Below, one piece after another: positions 26,429 through 38,330 of a DNA stretch of 64,000 nt. The DNA comes from Laetmonice hystrix (taxonomy: Eukaryota), in the NCBI GenBank assembly GCA_965235115.1, contig OZ249436.1, positions 46,190,001 through 46,254,000 on the forward strand, written 5' to 3'. Numbering within the stretch: position 1 is the first letter of the stretch; the number at the start of each line of letters is the position of its first letter. The notes below the pieces were generated by a model, which made no database searches, had not been told where the DNA came from, and worked only from the letters and a program-made list of their open reading frames with translations. A program made the position numbers and the translations under genes.

Positions 26429-26505
26429 TAGCTGAGTGGGTAACACACCCGACCGAAAAGCTGGACATCATGGGTTCGAATCCCACTAACGGTTGGATTT
26501 TTTTT
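26429..26505 (+). ncRNA. tRNA-derived (SINE-head-like) Pol III cassette
   Basis: A-box TAGCTGAGTGG (26429-26439), B-box GGTTCGAATCC (26473-26483), T8 run at 26498-26505; acceptor and anticodon stems do not pair, so not an intact tRNA. Confidence 0.55.
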
Positions 26506-27560
26506 CTGAATTTTTTTCGTAACTACAAATTATTCTGAAAACCATCCCCACAGCTGACCGCTAACCCAGGGAGAATACTCCTTCCAATGAGTTCCCATAC
26601 ACTGTGGGGTTTAGCCCAATTTGGTATAGATTTGTGGATATAAGTTACGTGACCTACAAGTTTCACTATTTAAAGGGCTCTGACCACACAACTGAATGCA
26701 ACTAAAATATGTGGGCTGGTTCCTAATTAGTACATTTTTTACCAATATTTTACTGATAACTTTTGACCTTCGTAAGGACTGGGTCACACGTCACATCTCA
26801 CATAAATGTACGATTTTGAAGTAGATCTCTTCCAATTATCCTGGTCAAATTTGACATAATGGTTCCACAATGCGCTCTCCATATCAATCTTCGTCGTGTA
26901 GCCTATGGGTCAACAGGCTTACAAAAATGTCTGTATGTATTTTTATGTGTTATTTTACAACTCATAAAAGACCGGCTGTGACGAACATGGACAATTGTTG
27001 ACATAAAGCAACATACAAGGTCCAGTCCGGTCTACCCATTCCGCCCCCTGACGACTAATTAGGGAACCTTCCTCAAGAAGCTGGTGTCGCAGTGAGGTGT
27101 TGCTCTCAGGTACTTTTACGACCACTAATGGGGATTGTGTAACGACTGCTAATATTGGGCGCGTTGCAGATAGCGACTTCTAACATTGCGAGCGCTAACC
27201 CTTGTGACAACATGGGGTATCTGATATGCAACGGCACGGTCAGTAGGGCCCTTAGTAGTCGCAAAAAATTAAGGATCGTAAAGGTTTTAGTGATCCTTAA
27301 GGGAAAAAAATATGCAACGGGGCCCTGGAGGATCTAACCTGGATCAAACACACAGCGCCTTGGGCTGACAGCAACAATTAACCGGGGGTTAACTTTTCCA
27401 CAGGTGAGTGGCCGCCGGCTATGAGTGTAATGTCGGTGAGCTGAGTGCGCCATCATGTCTGGGGGCGTTTACATCACACCGCTAGCCCTGCCCAAGCTCC
27501 AGAGGTAGTAGGGCTGTACCTTCCACATAACTCTATCTCCTGTGGTGCTTCCTCCTACAG

Positions 27561-27639
27561 CTGAACTCCTCCACGTAAACTTGGGTCCTCACCGAGCGGT
27601 CCTGAGGTTCATGAAGCCAGATACATTCAGAGGAAGGAC
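27561..27639 (+). CDS. Candidate internal exon ELLHVNLGPHRAVLRFMKPDTFRGR
   Basis: Strong acceptor CTTCCTCCTACAG, open frame, GTGAGG donor; unidentified. Confidence 0.25.
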
Positions 27640-28051
27640 GTGAGGTTTTATTTTTAACGTCATTAATCTCATGAATTGAACTATAACGGCGATTTTCTGT
27701 CTTCTATCCCAGTCTGTATTCTTCCATTCCTGTCGGTCTTTATGAAAGATCCTGCTGCCTCGTGCAAGATTTAACGATGCTCCTTAATTGACGTAACAGG
27801 TCGAAGGTGAAGTCATTATACATATTCAACTACCGGCATCTAAATTTTCACCATTTGTTCTGGTTCATTCTTACGTTACACTTTAAACATTAACGTTAAC
27901 CCTCCCATATAATATTTATTCCAAACGCAACAGCCTTTCTCTCATTAAAACACCCAATAAACAGTAGAAGTCGTTAGGTTGCCTATAATTTTGCCTCCCA
28001 TTTCTTCAGACCCTTCTTTCATTAAGACATTTAATAAAAACGTTTACTCAC

Positions 28052-28097
28052 TTCCCGAAATGACGTGAGGCTGTCGTGAACGCCGTCGTGTCGCCAT
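28052..28097 (-). CDS. Candidate first coding exon MATRRRSRQPHVISG of an unidentified gene
   Basis: AAGATGGCG start context followed 46 nt later by a consensus GTGAGT donor; promoter motifs immediately upstream. Confidence 0.45.
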
Positions 28098-28373
28098 CTT
28101 CTCTTCCGGTGAAGACCCTTGCATGGCCACGAGTCTTGCGGTCTGACGACTTGTAATACAAACTGCTCCTTGTCCCAGTCCAATGCCAACACGTACCATT
28201 AAAAACATGATTTTCTTGTGCCCATTCATCATGAGGAACTGACAGCCATATGAAAACTTAATACAAACTCCGACACAGTATCTGCCTGCCGATATCGGTG
28301 ACAAACTGTTGTCGCCATTGACGGCCGAGAGGGGGCGTTAATAAGTGACGTTGTGTATCGTTGTCACGGCAAC
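28098..28373 (-). promoter_or_regulatory. Promoter-like cluster: ETS (ACCGGAAG), YY1-like (AAGATGGCG), RFX X-box-like
   Basis: CTTCCGGT about 10 bp upstream of the ATG; GTTGTCACGGCAAC at 28360-28373 (12/14 to GTTGCCATGGCAAC); locally CpG-rich. Confidence 0.45.
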
Positions 28374-30818
28374 TGTGTCCTTTCATTCAGCTTGGCCGCA
28401 ACTTTCATTTCGGTGTTTGTCTTCACATGAATATCTGACGTTTCTAAGGTGGGGATACTTTTTATGACTTCAGCAAAACATTGAAGGCCTTTTGGTAGGT
28501 GTATTTACTTCATTACTATTGCCCTTTCTAGATTAGTTCATGTATTGATGATTATAAGAATCTGACTAAACATGTTTCGAGATGTATCCTGGTCTGGAAA
28601 TTCAGCTCCGCAACTGGGTCAGCAAAGGCATTTTATGGTCTAACATGTCCAGCCGTGTCTGTGGGACTGGGCATAGAAAGGAACCCTTGCAATTTTTCGA
28701 GTAGGGGATTGACTCCCGGTAGCAGGTTTCTTTCTGACGTCATCATCATCATCGCCCCGTCAGACTCAGGGGTAAAATGGGTCCCTTGACTGAATTAAAT
28801 GGTTCCTATCGCCCTGAATATGACTGAAATACTGTGGACAGGGCGTACAACCTCCAATTCACTCACTCTCTCATTCACATGCCGGTCTGGACATGTGAAT
28901 CTCACAAAATGGCATGGCATGTTTCCTGATTGTAGCAACATTCATGCTTCGTTTTTGACATACTTTAAATACTTTACGAGAAAATTACGAGGTGTAGACA
29001 TTCAGTATTTTCCCACCAGTGGACACGCTCTGTCCTGACCATCGAACTCTTTGAGCCTGTCTTTAAAGTCATTACAAGTCGCATTTTATGGTCAAACATT
29101 CCAACCTGCGCTGCCCCTTGAAATTATATGATGCAGAGATGTGCCTTAATTCTCTGCCTCTGGTGTGTTCCACTCACAACAGGTCGGGTTACCCATCGTC
29201 TCAAAAAAATTACCTGATGATAGGCAGCTTTTGTATACTTTATTGTAAACTGGGAGGAATACTCTTCCTGCCAACTGTGTATAGGCAGTTTGGCAGACAC
29301 TCGAACACCGGACAGGTCCTATAAAAGATGAGGAATATCAGATAGGATCGTAACCAGTAAATGCCATAAAGACGGGTCTACATCAAGGTTTAGGGCCAAT
29401 TGTCTCCTTTATATTTCAATGGGGCCTGCGAAAACAGAGTATACTTACAATATAACAGTACAACAATTCGCGGATTTTTGATTTCTGATTGTATTGTGGA
29501 ACGCGTGTAATATAAGGTAGGAAATAAGCAATGTTAACGTCGTCCTGACAAAATTGTGAAAAATTAGGAAAGATTTTAATTTGTCCATATTGACAGAGCG
29601 TATGTGTTCCGAAGGTAAAACACAAAACTATATCAACTGATCAACGACTGCCAAGTTATAGCCAGTTTTTGATGGTGGCAGAAAGACAGTGAAAACCTTC
29701 TAAATGCTAACCGTTACATTGTATGAATACTACATCACGCTCGTGAATGTTTCTGTGGACATGTTGATGGAGCATGCGCGGCTGACTGTAAATAATGACA
29801 GGAACTTTGCGTAGAAACCATGCGGTACCTACACTAAACGACGTCACCATATCAATATTAAGTCAACTTCAAAATGAAAGTGTTTTGTTACAGATGACAG
29901 TCTCTTTTCTTCATGTCAGCATACCAAACGTGCTTTAGGTTCATCAGATGGGGAGAGTCTTTGTCCTGATGACGTCAGAGCATCGATTAGCGGGATTTTT
30001 CTCCTCAAAGTTAACAGAATGTTTGTTGTCTCAATCCACTTTTGATGGTTGCGTATACACTGAACTAGCTTTCATCAAGTTAATAGATGAAATACACTGT
30101 TATAGTCGTGGTTATTGACACTGTCCTATCGAACCTGTGATATTTTTAGATTGGTAGGAAGCGTCTGTTGCCGACATTTTTGTGAAATCTGAAGATTGGC
30201 TGATGTCAGGAATGTGACGTCACATTTCACTTCCCTTCAACCGGCACCGCCACCTTTGGCTCGCAGACTATGGGCCTGCGTCTCATCTGTCAGGATCCTA
30301 TGTCAGAACGCCATACTCTGCGTCCCTCAGGGACGCCTGCGTCTCTCAGGGACGCCTCAAAAAGCGGATACCATTTCGGGAATCTGGCGGGCAAAGACGA
30401 TTTTTTGTGGCAGGTTAGGGAAAACCGCTGTAACCAAGGATATATACAGGTGAACACAATATTGTGGGGTCATAAAGTTGTGTTTGAGGTCCGGGTGATG
30501 TAACTGATGACGTCACATAACACTTGTATTTTTTCCGTCCGGTGTCGCCGCAGTTGGCACTGCATGTGATCACATGACAACTAGTAAAACTTGGCACGGA
30601 CACCAGATACTCTATCGGCATGACCGTCCAAAATTTGATCTACAAGGGACGGTCAGACTGAGTGGCATCCTTTCACGAGGGGTGGGTGTTGATTAGATAC
30701 AGTGTCAGTCATGATTAGGTACGAACAAAACAATCCCTGTGGTAAATATACAGTCACGAGAGTAAAATCACGCCGGTCGTTACATGCTGCCGACTCAGGT
30801 CACATTTTGTCTCTGTAG

Positions 30819-30893
30819 ACGGAAGATCATAAAAAGTTGGCGGGAAAACTTGAGAACTGGCTGCCAGTGGCAAACATTGAACTCTGCCTGTAG
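30819..30893 (+). CDS. Candidate terminal coding exon TEDHKKLAGKLENWLPVANIELCL*
   Basis: TTTTGTCTCTGTAG acceptor then 24 codons to TAG; unidentified. Confidence 0.2.
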   Translation, partial: TEDHKKLAGKLENWLPVANIELCL

Positions 30894-33338
30894 TGTGGAG
30901 GTAGAGACCACGCCCCGGCCTGGCTGACCAAACTGATACCGGAACCTCTCTCTGGCCGCGCCTGCAGCGCCATCTATCAGCCACGTCATGAGTGCGCCAC
31001 ACCACACTAGAAACATTACACCCAAACTTTCGCCTCAGCACAGTGGTAGCAGGCCAAATACTCCGTGTACTTATTAAGTGTGATGTATAGCTATCTGCCG
31101 TGGCCTTGCCATGGATTCGTGTTGTTGAGGTAGCCCCCTTCTTTCCGCGGCCATCTTGGCATGGTGATGTATCACTATGCTAAATAAAGCAAAAAGCTTA
31201 ACACACACATACATACATAAATAAACTACCGGCCGGGTGGATGGCTAGTATCCTGACATAATGTAGATCGAGCAAATTATAGCGGCGATAATGAGCAAGA
31301 TGGCGAATTATAGTCATGAAACAATGGCTAGAAAAACAATACGTGAACGCCGTGAAACGGAAACGGGAACGCCGTGGAACGGACACGTGAAGCCCTAGAA
31401 CTTCCCGTATAGATCTAACACATCTTTGTCCCTCAGACAGGTCACACTCTGCGCACAGTGTTTCTTTAAATGAAACTCAGCACGCATTTCAAATGAATAT
31501 TTCAAATCACGTCGTAATTACAAATTATTCTGCGAAAGGTTCTTGCTTTAGTTTCTTGATTTACAAACACAGCTGCTTCAAAAAAGTTAATGTAGTTTGT
31601 ATTTTTCCGTTTTTCCAATTAGTAGGGTTGATTTCAAAACACTGGAATTTGAACGTGTTCAGGTTTGCTTGTGTGAATGTTTTATCAGATCTGAATGAGA
31701 CAGTCTGTAAGAAGTTTTACCCAGCGACGTGGGTCGCTAAAAACCATAATGAAATCAGTAAGCTTTGTTCAGCATGTTTTCTCACAACATGTTTGTTTCG
31801 GCGTTGTTGGCCACCGTCGTTAGGGTTGTAGTGAATCCGTTTGTTACGTTGATTCTGCGATGATTTTCTCTTCTTTCCGGTGGGGGTGGGGGGAAATATA
31901 AAGACACTTTCTCTTCTCAATGAATTATTTACAGCCGGTTCAAAACAAATAAACTAAAGCGCCGTATCCGGCCGGCCGGCGCTATAATTTTGACACTATG
32001 TAGGAGCTCATGTAGGCCATAGTAATCAAAAATCGGAAAACATATTGCGATATATTTGTATGTGTTCATATCTTAGGTACCTTGTGTCTACACTCATTGT
32101 AATGGGCCCAACTACACCTATGTGTTTCCGGAATCGGCCAAGTGGACTAGTACTGTTTCCTTTAGGGACTGCCTTGTTACCAAATGATGAATGTACTGTA
32201 CATGTAGATTTTTCTCTAAACTAGTGATGAAAAGAAATCTACGTAAATATGTTTAATAAAGTAGTCCTAGTATTGCCAACCTGAAAGTTCTACACAGATT
32301 TGATCTCTTTTAATAATTTACCTCGGGTACAGTTTCCAGAAAAAGGTCTTTATCTCTCTCTCTCTCTCTCTCTGCACGCATACAACCATATGAAAAAAGG
32401 GAAGAGAGAGTTTGCTTAAAGTGTTTCTCTTTTATATTATTGGAAGATTGCTGGAGTGTTTTTCAGGGATCAGTACACTTGTACTAACAGAGCCAGGGTT
32501 AGATTTGAGGCCTTCTTTTATGGAGGAGTCAAGTTGCACTGTTGCAGACAGATCAAAATAATGACACCAGGTCAGGATTAGGCCACATGATCAATATTAA
32601 TTTGACAAATATGTACTCACTCTTTGCGTGCTCTTCCATTGGACCTCCAGATATATATTTATAGTCTGCTGCACGGGAATCGTGCCCTTTGTGAACCCCC
32701 CCCCCCCCCCCAGGAATAACTCCATGACAACCAAGAGTATTTATAATGTATAGCAGCGTTGCGGTCTCTTGGTACAATATACATTGTAGTGTGTATGGTA
32801 TAGGTGGTCTCTTTGTCCATTGCCTATTATTTCTGTGAGTATGATTATCCATGTTGAATTGCCAAGCCAGGTACTAGGGGAGTACTTGCTATCCTTTAAA
32901 TTGGAAATACATGTATGTGCATGGTTTTTTTTTTTTTTTGGGGGGGGGGGGGGCGGGGTCCGCACATCAAATGATTTAAGGTGTTGTAAATATGACCTTA
33001 CAGGACCCCTTACTACGAAAGCCCAGAAGGATCATTCGAGATTCGAAATTCGAAATTCGAGATTCAATATCTGAATTTCGAGATTCGAAATTCGAGATTC
33101 AATATCCAAAGTAACCAATCGGGAGTACGCTTCTATATTATAACACGGCCAATGAAATGTCGTGTGACATATTAATCACTCAGGCAAACGGAAAGGGTAA
33201 CTGGGAGGGGACAAACCCCTATGGCTTAGAGTTAAGGTTAGGTTTAGGGTTAGTTATATTTGGTTTTAGGTCTCCTATGGGTTAAGGTTAAGGTTAGGGT
33301 TAGTTATATTTGGTGTCAACTTTAGCCGTATTGCTGCG

Positions 33339-33420
33339 TAGCGTATTGTGTAGCGTGTCTGGCTAATAATCCGGGGGTCCTGCCTCGTGGGTTCGAACCC
33401 CAGTATAACTGTGCTTTTTT
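33339..33420 (+). ncRNA. Degenerate tRNA-derived Pol III cassette inside the IS3EU-like element
   Basis: A-box-like TAGCGTATTGTGTAGC, B-box GGGTTCGAACCCC (33389-33401), T6 run at 33415-33420. Confidence 0.45.
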
Positions 33421-33797
33421 CACCCCTCATTTTTCACAAAGGGTTAACGTTATATTTTATAGGGACAGGGAATATTACAAAACTTTTAAAAACTGTTTGT
33501 GGGATTCAGGGTTGGTGATATATACTATGTTAGTGATATATAGGGAATACTATAGACTAATAGCAGTTTAATAAAACGCGTCCCTTGCTGGGAAACAGGC
33601 CACATGCGTATAACACACAACACGCACAAGATATTACCTGTAATATACACACATTATTGTGGAAAAAGTTTATACACCTGTGAATCCACGACATCGTGTG
33701 TATAGGCCTACACGGGTATACGCACAAGATCGTGCGTACACGTAACAGTGAGCACGACCTTGTGTATATTGACTGATATGTCGGCACAAGTCAGCTG

Positions 33798-33951
33798 GGG
33801 TCGGTTTTACTAAAGGTCCTTATTTAAGGACGTCCCTAATTTAACATAGAAGTGAATGGTTGCTAGGTCGTTATTTACGACCTAGCAACCCATTCACTTC
33901 TATGTTAAATTAGCGACGTCCTTAAATAAGGACCTTTAGTAAAACTGGCCC
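33798..33951. mobile_element. 154-bp near-perfect palindromic MITE, PIF/Harbinger-like, nested in the 33014-34289 element
   Basis: Whole element folds back around a TTATTTA loop; ends GGGTCGGTTTTAC / GTAAAACTGGCCC; CTG TSD (33795-33797, 33952-33954). Confidence 0.85.
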
Positions 33952-36222
33952 CTGATGGCCAAATAGTCCGGGCGTAGGTACTTCCCTTCCATAACGCTAT
34001 GGACTAGACCTGATCACACGTACCCGAGCGATAATGTATATTTTTTCTTACCCGTGACGTCACGGCCATTACCCCACATGAGCCGATATTTCCACGTTCT
34101 TGTGCGTATAGACGCAGCCTTTCATTGGTCACGAGTCACCTGATTTTGAGAGCTTTCCTCTGATTGGTTACTTTGGATATTGAATCTCGAATCTCGAAAT
34201 TCAGATATTGAATCTCGAATCTCGAAATTCAAATATTGAATCTCGAATTTCGAATCTTGAATCTCGAATGATCCTTCTGGGCTTTCGTACCTTACCCTGC
34301 TCCTCAGTCTGCACCCAGGAGTACACCATTTGGTCCTCACTCACCCCACCCCCACCGCCACCCCCCAAAAAGTGTCATGTCGATGCAGTCAATTGTGCTT
34401 GGTGACAGAAACCAGAGTACACGGTGAAATCTCCGAACTGAAGAAAGTTACAGACAACCTTTCTGACATAAAGGCACCACGGCGATTTGAACCAAGAGGG
34501 ACCCTGTGATGACCGGCCAGACCGGAGCTACCGCGGCCCCATCCCCTGTACTCTCAGCCCCTCCGATGTGTCCTGTTTCTGTGAGCTGCAGTCATGGAAA
34601 CCCATAACGGCATATAATCATCCTTCATTCCCGACCATGATTTGGACATTTCCCTGCGTACCTCCTGGCCGTCATTTCAGGGATGCTTCCAAGGATTGCT
34701 GTTGTATAAATGATGAGAGTTGTCGAACCCACATGGCTCAGACCTACACTTCCTGTGACCTGTCTGACCTTCTAGCAGCGTCTGAGGTATGGTGGAAACC
34801 CCACGGACAGGAAATGTCTCCTCCGCATCATATGTCAGGCTACATCTTCCCCTGCTACTTGAAGTAAGGACTTCAGTCATTACTCTCAGGGAATAAGTCA
34901 CCAGATGTTTAGCGGGCGATAATGAGGGGTCCCAAAGTGGGGTCAGCAATTTGGAGGTGACCAGGAACGTGCAACCTCTGCAGTCTGTAGGTGTGTGGTC
35001 AGGTGGGGTCATCCAAACGTATCAGTGGAGGTGAAGGTAACCATCGTAATACAAACCTCGGTGGGAGTGGCTTGGCGGAGCAGGACGAGTAATATCACCA
35101 GAACTTATACCTCCTTACGTCGGACTGTCGCTGATTGCAGCCATTTAGTAATCTTTCGTGAAGTCTCCTTAAGTGAAAAAAATAAAATTAAAACTGAAAG
35201 AAATGTGAAGAATACAGAATGTATAAACGAAAAGAAAAATTTAAAAACCTATTTTTCAGAACGTCGGAAAAGAATGTGAATAAATCATGAGAAATCAAAA
35301 GAAATCATGTAAGCCTCCTTTTTCGGAGGTGTAGTAGGTGACTACAGCTTGGATGAAGGCGACTCTCTTCTTATTATAACTGAGAGGTGTGTGAGGTATG
35401 ATGACTGACAGAAGGGTCTCTACCGCAAACCTCTCAATTAGATACATGGAGAACTCACTGTTGACCTAAAATGTTTGACCCTTGACCCCTGTGAACCGGT
35501 AAGGAGGAAATGATTGCCAGGTCATTATAAACATGTTACTAAGTAAGCAGAGAAATGCCTTCCGGGAGATCGGCTGAGTCAGTTCCGGGAACACCTGATG
35601 GTGATCAGCGAATCGGCGGAGCTCAGAGAAGGAGGTCAGGAGTTCACAGTAAAATCAATACAGAACATCTTTACTAGTTTAACTACACTAACATGGAAAG
35701 GTCCGCCCGACATTTCCGAATAATTCATACTTTTTATAGCGTTTCTGTTCAAGTTTCGGTTATGCAGGCTCAGGGCGCAGTGTTCAACCGGCGTGTCTGG
35801 TAGTCAAGTTACATCTGTTTGGAGCCGAATCCATTATCAAATTGCCGGCTGGATTGCATTTGATAGGGGTGGGGGATGGGCTTTAGGAATTGATGCATTG
35901 GGATTCCCAGGTGACCCTCAATCTATAACGTTTTTATCACGTCTATTTACCCAAACCGACATCGGTCGATGATTGGTTGATTTCATGATTTAATATCGTC
36001 CGATTGGCTGTGGAACTGATGATCGATTACCACGGTACCACCAGACCGACCCGCAAATAAAAACAACTTGTGAAGATTTGGAGGTCGATTTTAATTCTTC
36101 CGGTCCTGACGCGTGGCTATCTCCAAAACGAGGCTCTTAACTGTGACGTCAGCGTTCGGCAGACGACTATTAATAGCACTACGCCAAGTGACTCTTTTCT
36201 TCAGACCATGAATCTGTCTTTA

Positions 36223-36236
36223 GTTTCCACGGAAAC
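36223..36236. promoter_or_regulatory. RFX X-box-like palindrome
   Basis: GTTTCCACGGAAAC; an ETS-like CTTCCGG and a TGACGTCA lie within ~130 bp upstream. Confidence 0.25.
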
Positions 36237-38177
36237 GCTTCCCAAATAGATTTGTTCTTCCTAATAAGATGTTTCTTGTGGGAATGTGTCTTCTTGGCAA
36301 TAACTACTGCATTCACCCTAGCCGTATGTGAAGAAATCTGATGGAATAGCACTTTAAGAAGCGGTTGGTAAACATTCCCTTAGTTTTTAGAGGAGGTACG
36401 ATTCTTTTTTCTTTAGAAAAGAAGCGCTACCAAAGAGAATGTCAAGGGTGTAGCCATTGGGGGTTCTGGGTTAACCCCCCCCCCCCAAATAATAACTAAA
36501 TAACTGAAATTTATGATAAGGTAAAACCTTGAGGTGATCAGCTAAAAAAGCTTTGGCTTCCCGACCCCCGGTAACATAGGGATTCCTGCAGCGCGAAGAA
36601 GAAGAAGACAGTAGTTGCCCCCAACCCTGATTCCCCACTAACTCAGTTCTGCCTCCACACCTTTGGTGTAGTCATCAGCACAACGACTATACGACTGCAA
36701 TGTTAACTGTATTTCCCGGGTGATAGATGAATACACGTCCTTTAACATCATGACCTCAGAGACCCAGTTTATAGGACGCCCGACTGTAGGCCTACCCCCG
36801 GTACAGGTAGGTTCATTATGGCTGCCACAGAGCGCAGTGGGAGTAGGTAGAGAAACACGTCAGTCCCCAATGGATGTCATCCTCCGCCCTCGGCATGCGG
36901 CGTCCTTCCTCCCCAATCCGTTATTGTAGACATCAATCACGTATGATTGATAGTTAATACCACCTGTCAATCAAACACAACATGCAGTCAAATGTTGGTG
37001 TTTCTTGATCAGGTATCAGACAGGGATTTGTTTGACAGAAGACAGTTGAGGGACGGGAGAGGGTAGGAACAAGGGGGTGGAGGAGGTACACCTGAGGTGA
37101 GATGTATGAGCAGTTCCCGGAGGGGATCGCGTGCAGGAGGAGGTCGGCAGGAGGAGGTGTGAGGTAGGAGGTCGTCAGGTGACGTCACAAGGTGGCTGCT
37201 ACCCCGGTAGACGGACGTGCTTTGATCTCGATGTCACAGGAGGATCGCATGACCTGGAAACACAGGAGGAAACACAGGAGGAAACACAAGGGATGGTGCA
37301 CGGGTCTAAACCGGGGTTCACTAAGTGGCAGCAAGCGTACAGGATGCACAGTGTTGTCAAACATGGGGAGTTGCCCTCAGGGACATGGACATGGGCTGAC
37401 TCATGGGGGATGGGTTCAAGGTATCACTGAGGCAGGAGAGGGAGTAGTGGTTGACATAAAACGGTAACTATAGACGACATGGTGCATCATCTAAAGTCTC
37501 CATATAAAAAACCATGATATTGAGGTTATACTCCCTCTTGGTATCTTCTCCATAGATACAGACAGTCTAGCCTCTAGGTGGCGATAACATAAAGGCTGTG
37601 GGTGTGAGCCAAAGATCTCTCATGTAGCTACCTTCACGGGTGTGCGGGGAGAACGTCTGCATGTCACCACTCTAAGTATACATGCTATATTTTGCGTATT
37701 TCTTAATCTCGTTATTTTCGCGTTTGAAAAAGACGAAATCAAGAAACACACAAAAATATAATCCTGCAACTCAAGCGGCGGGATGGCGGATCAGCTCGGA
37801 TTTTGTAATTTTTTTCAGCCTCACATATTATTACCTCAACTTCTTCTTGTACTGGCATGCATAGGGATATCCCCAGTTGTCCCCCTGGGAAAATCAAACT
37901 GTATTAGATTAATAGTGCTCACGGCAGACGGCTGGGAGATCCCCTACCATGTGGTCTATTCGGTGATGACACCTCCGGGACGGGTGGTATACTGGCAGGG
38001 TAGAACCCAGGGGTAGGACCCTCACATGTGACCGTTCAAATACCGTGAAAGAGGTCATTCCCGCTTGTAACGCCCCCACGAGGGGGCGGGGTCGGGGGTA
38101 TTAGGGGTAGCGGCGGGGATAGAGGGTTGGTGTAGGTTGAGGGGTAAAGGACAGAACTCGTGATAGGAGAAAATGGG

Positions 38178-38330
38178 TTGGTTTAGGTTAGGGGCAAGGG
38201 ACAGGGGGTTGGTTTAGGTTAGGGGTAAGGGACAGGGGGTTGGTTTAGGTTAGGGGCAAGGGACAGGGGGTTGGTTTAGGTTAGGGGCAAGGGACAGGGG
38301 GTTGGGATAGGTTGAGGGGTAAGGGACAGG
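38178..38330. repeat. 31-bp G-rich tandem repeat, ~5 copies
   Basis: GGTTTAGGTTAGGGG(C/T)AAGGGACAGGGGGTT units. Confidence 0.85.

Larger units (their letters stand above)
22337..27324. mobile_element. ~5-kb non-autonomous composite DNA transposon, PIF/Harbinger-like ends
   Basis: 14-bp TIRs GGCCCCGTTGCATA / TATGCAACGGGGCC with CTG on both flanks (22334-22336, 27325-27327); internal inverted pairs 22354-22623/25590-25853, 22831-23215/26942-27324, 23305-23380/25985-26068; no transposase ORF. Confidence 0.7.
33014..34289. mobile_element. 1276-bp non-autonomous DNA transposon, IS3EU-like
   Basis: >100-bp TIRs starting TACGAAAGCCCAGAAGG with TTCGA(G/A)A subrepeats; exact 6-bp TSD CCTTAC (33008-33013, 34290-34295). 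Confidence 0.85.

Noticed and set aside
26410-26490. Functional tRNA gene
   Set aside because: A and B boxes are present, but the acceptor and anticodon stems do not base-pair; kept only as tRNA-derived.
31345-31400. Helitron 3' end (GC-rich stem then CTAG)
   Set aside because: The hairpin pairs poorly, the next base is A rather than T, and no 5' TC end was identified.
34425-34867. Gypsy gag after a PBS-like TGGTGACAG (EISELKKVTDNL)
   Set aside because: No LTR pair, knuckle, protease or RT found, and the frame closes after ~28 codons.
37192-37467. SAM-domain-like DGRALISMSQEDRM
   Set aside because: There is an in-frame stop just upstream, no good acceptor, and the remainder is not SAM-like.
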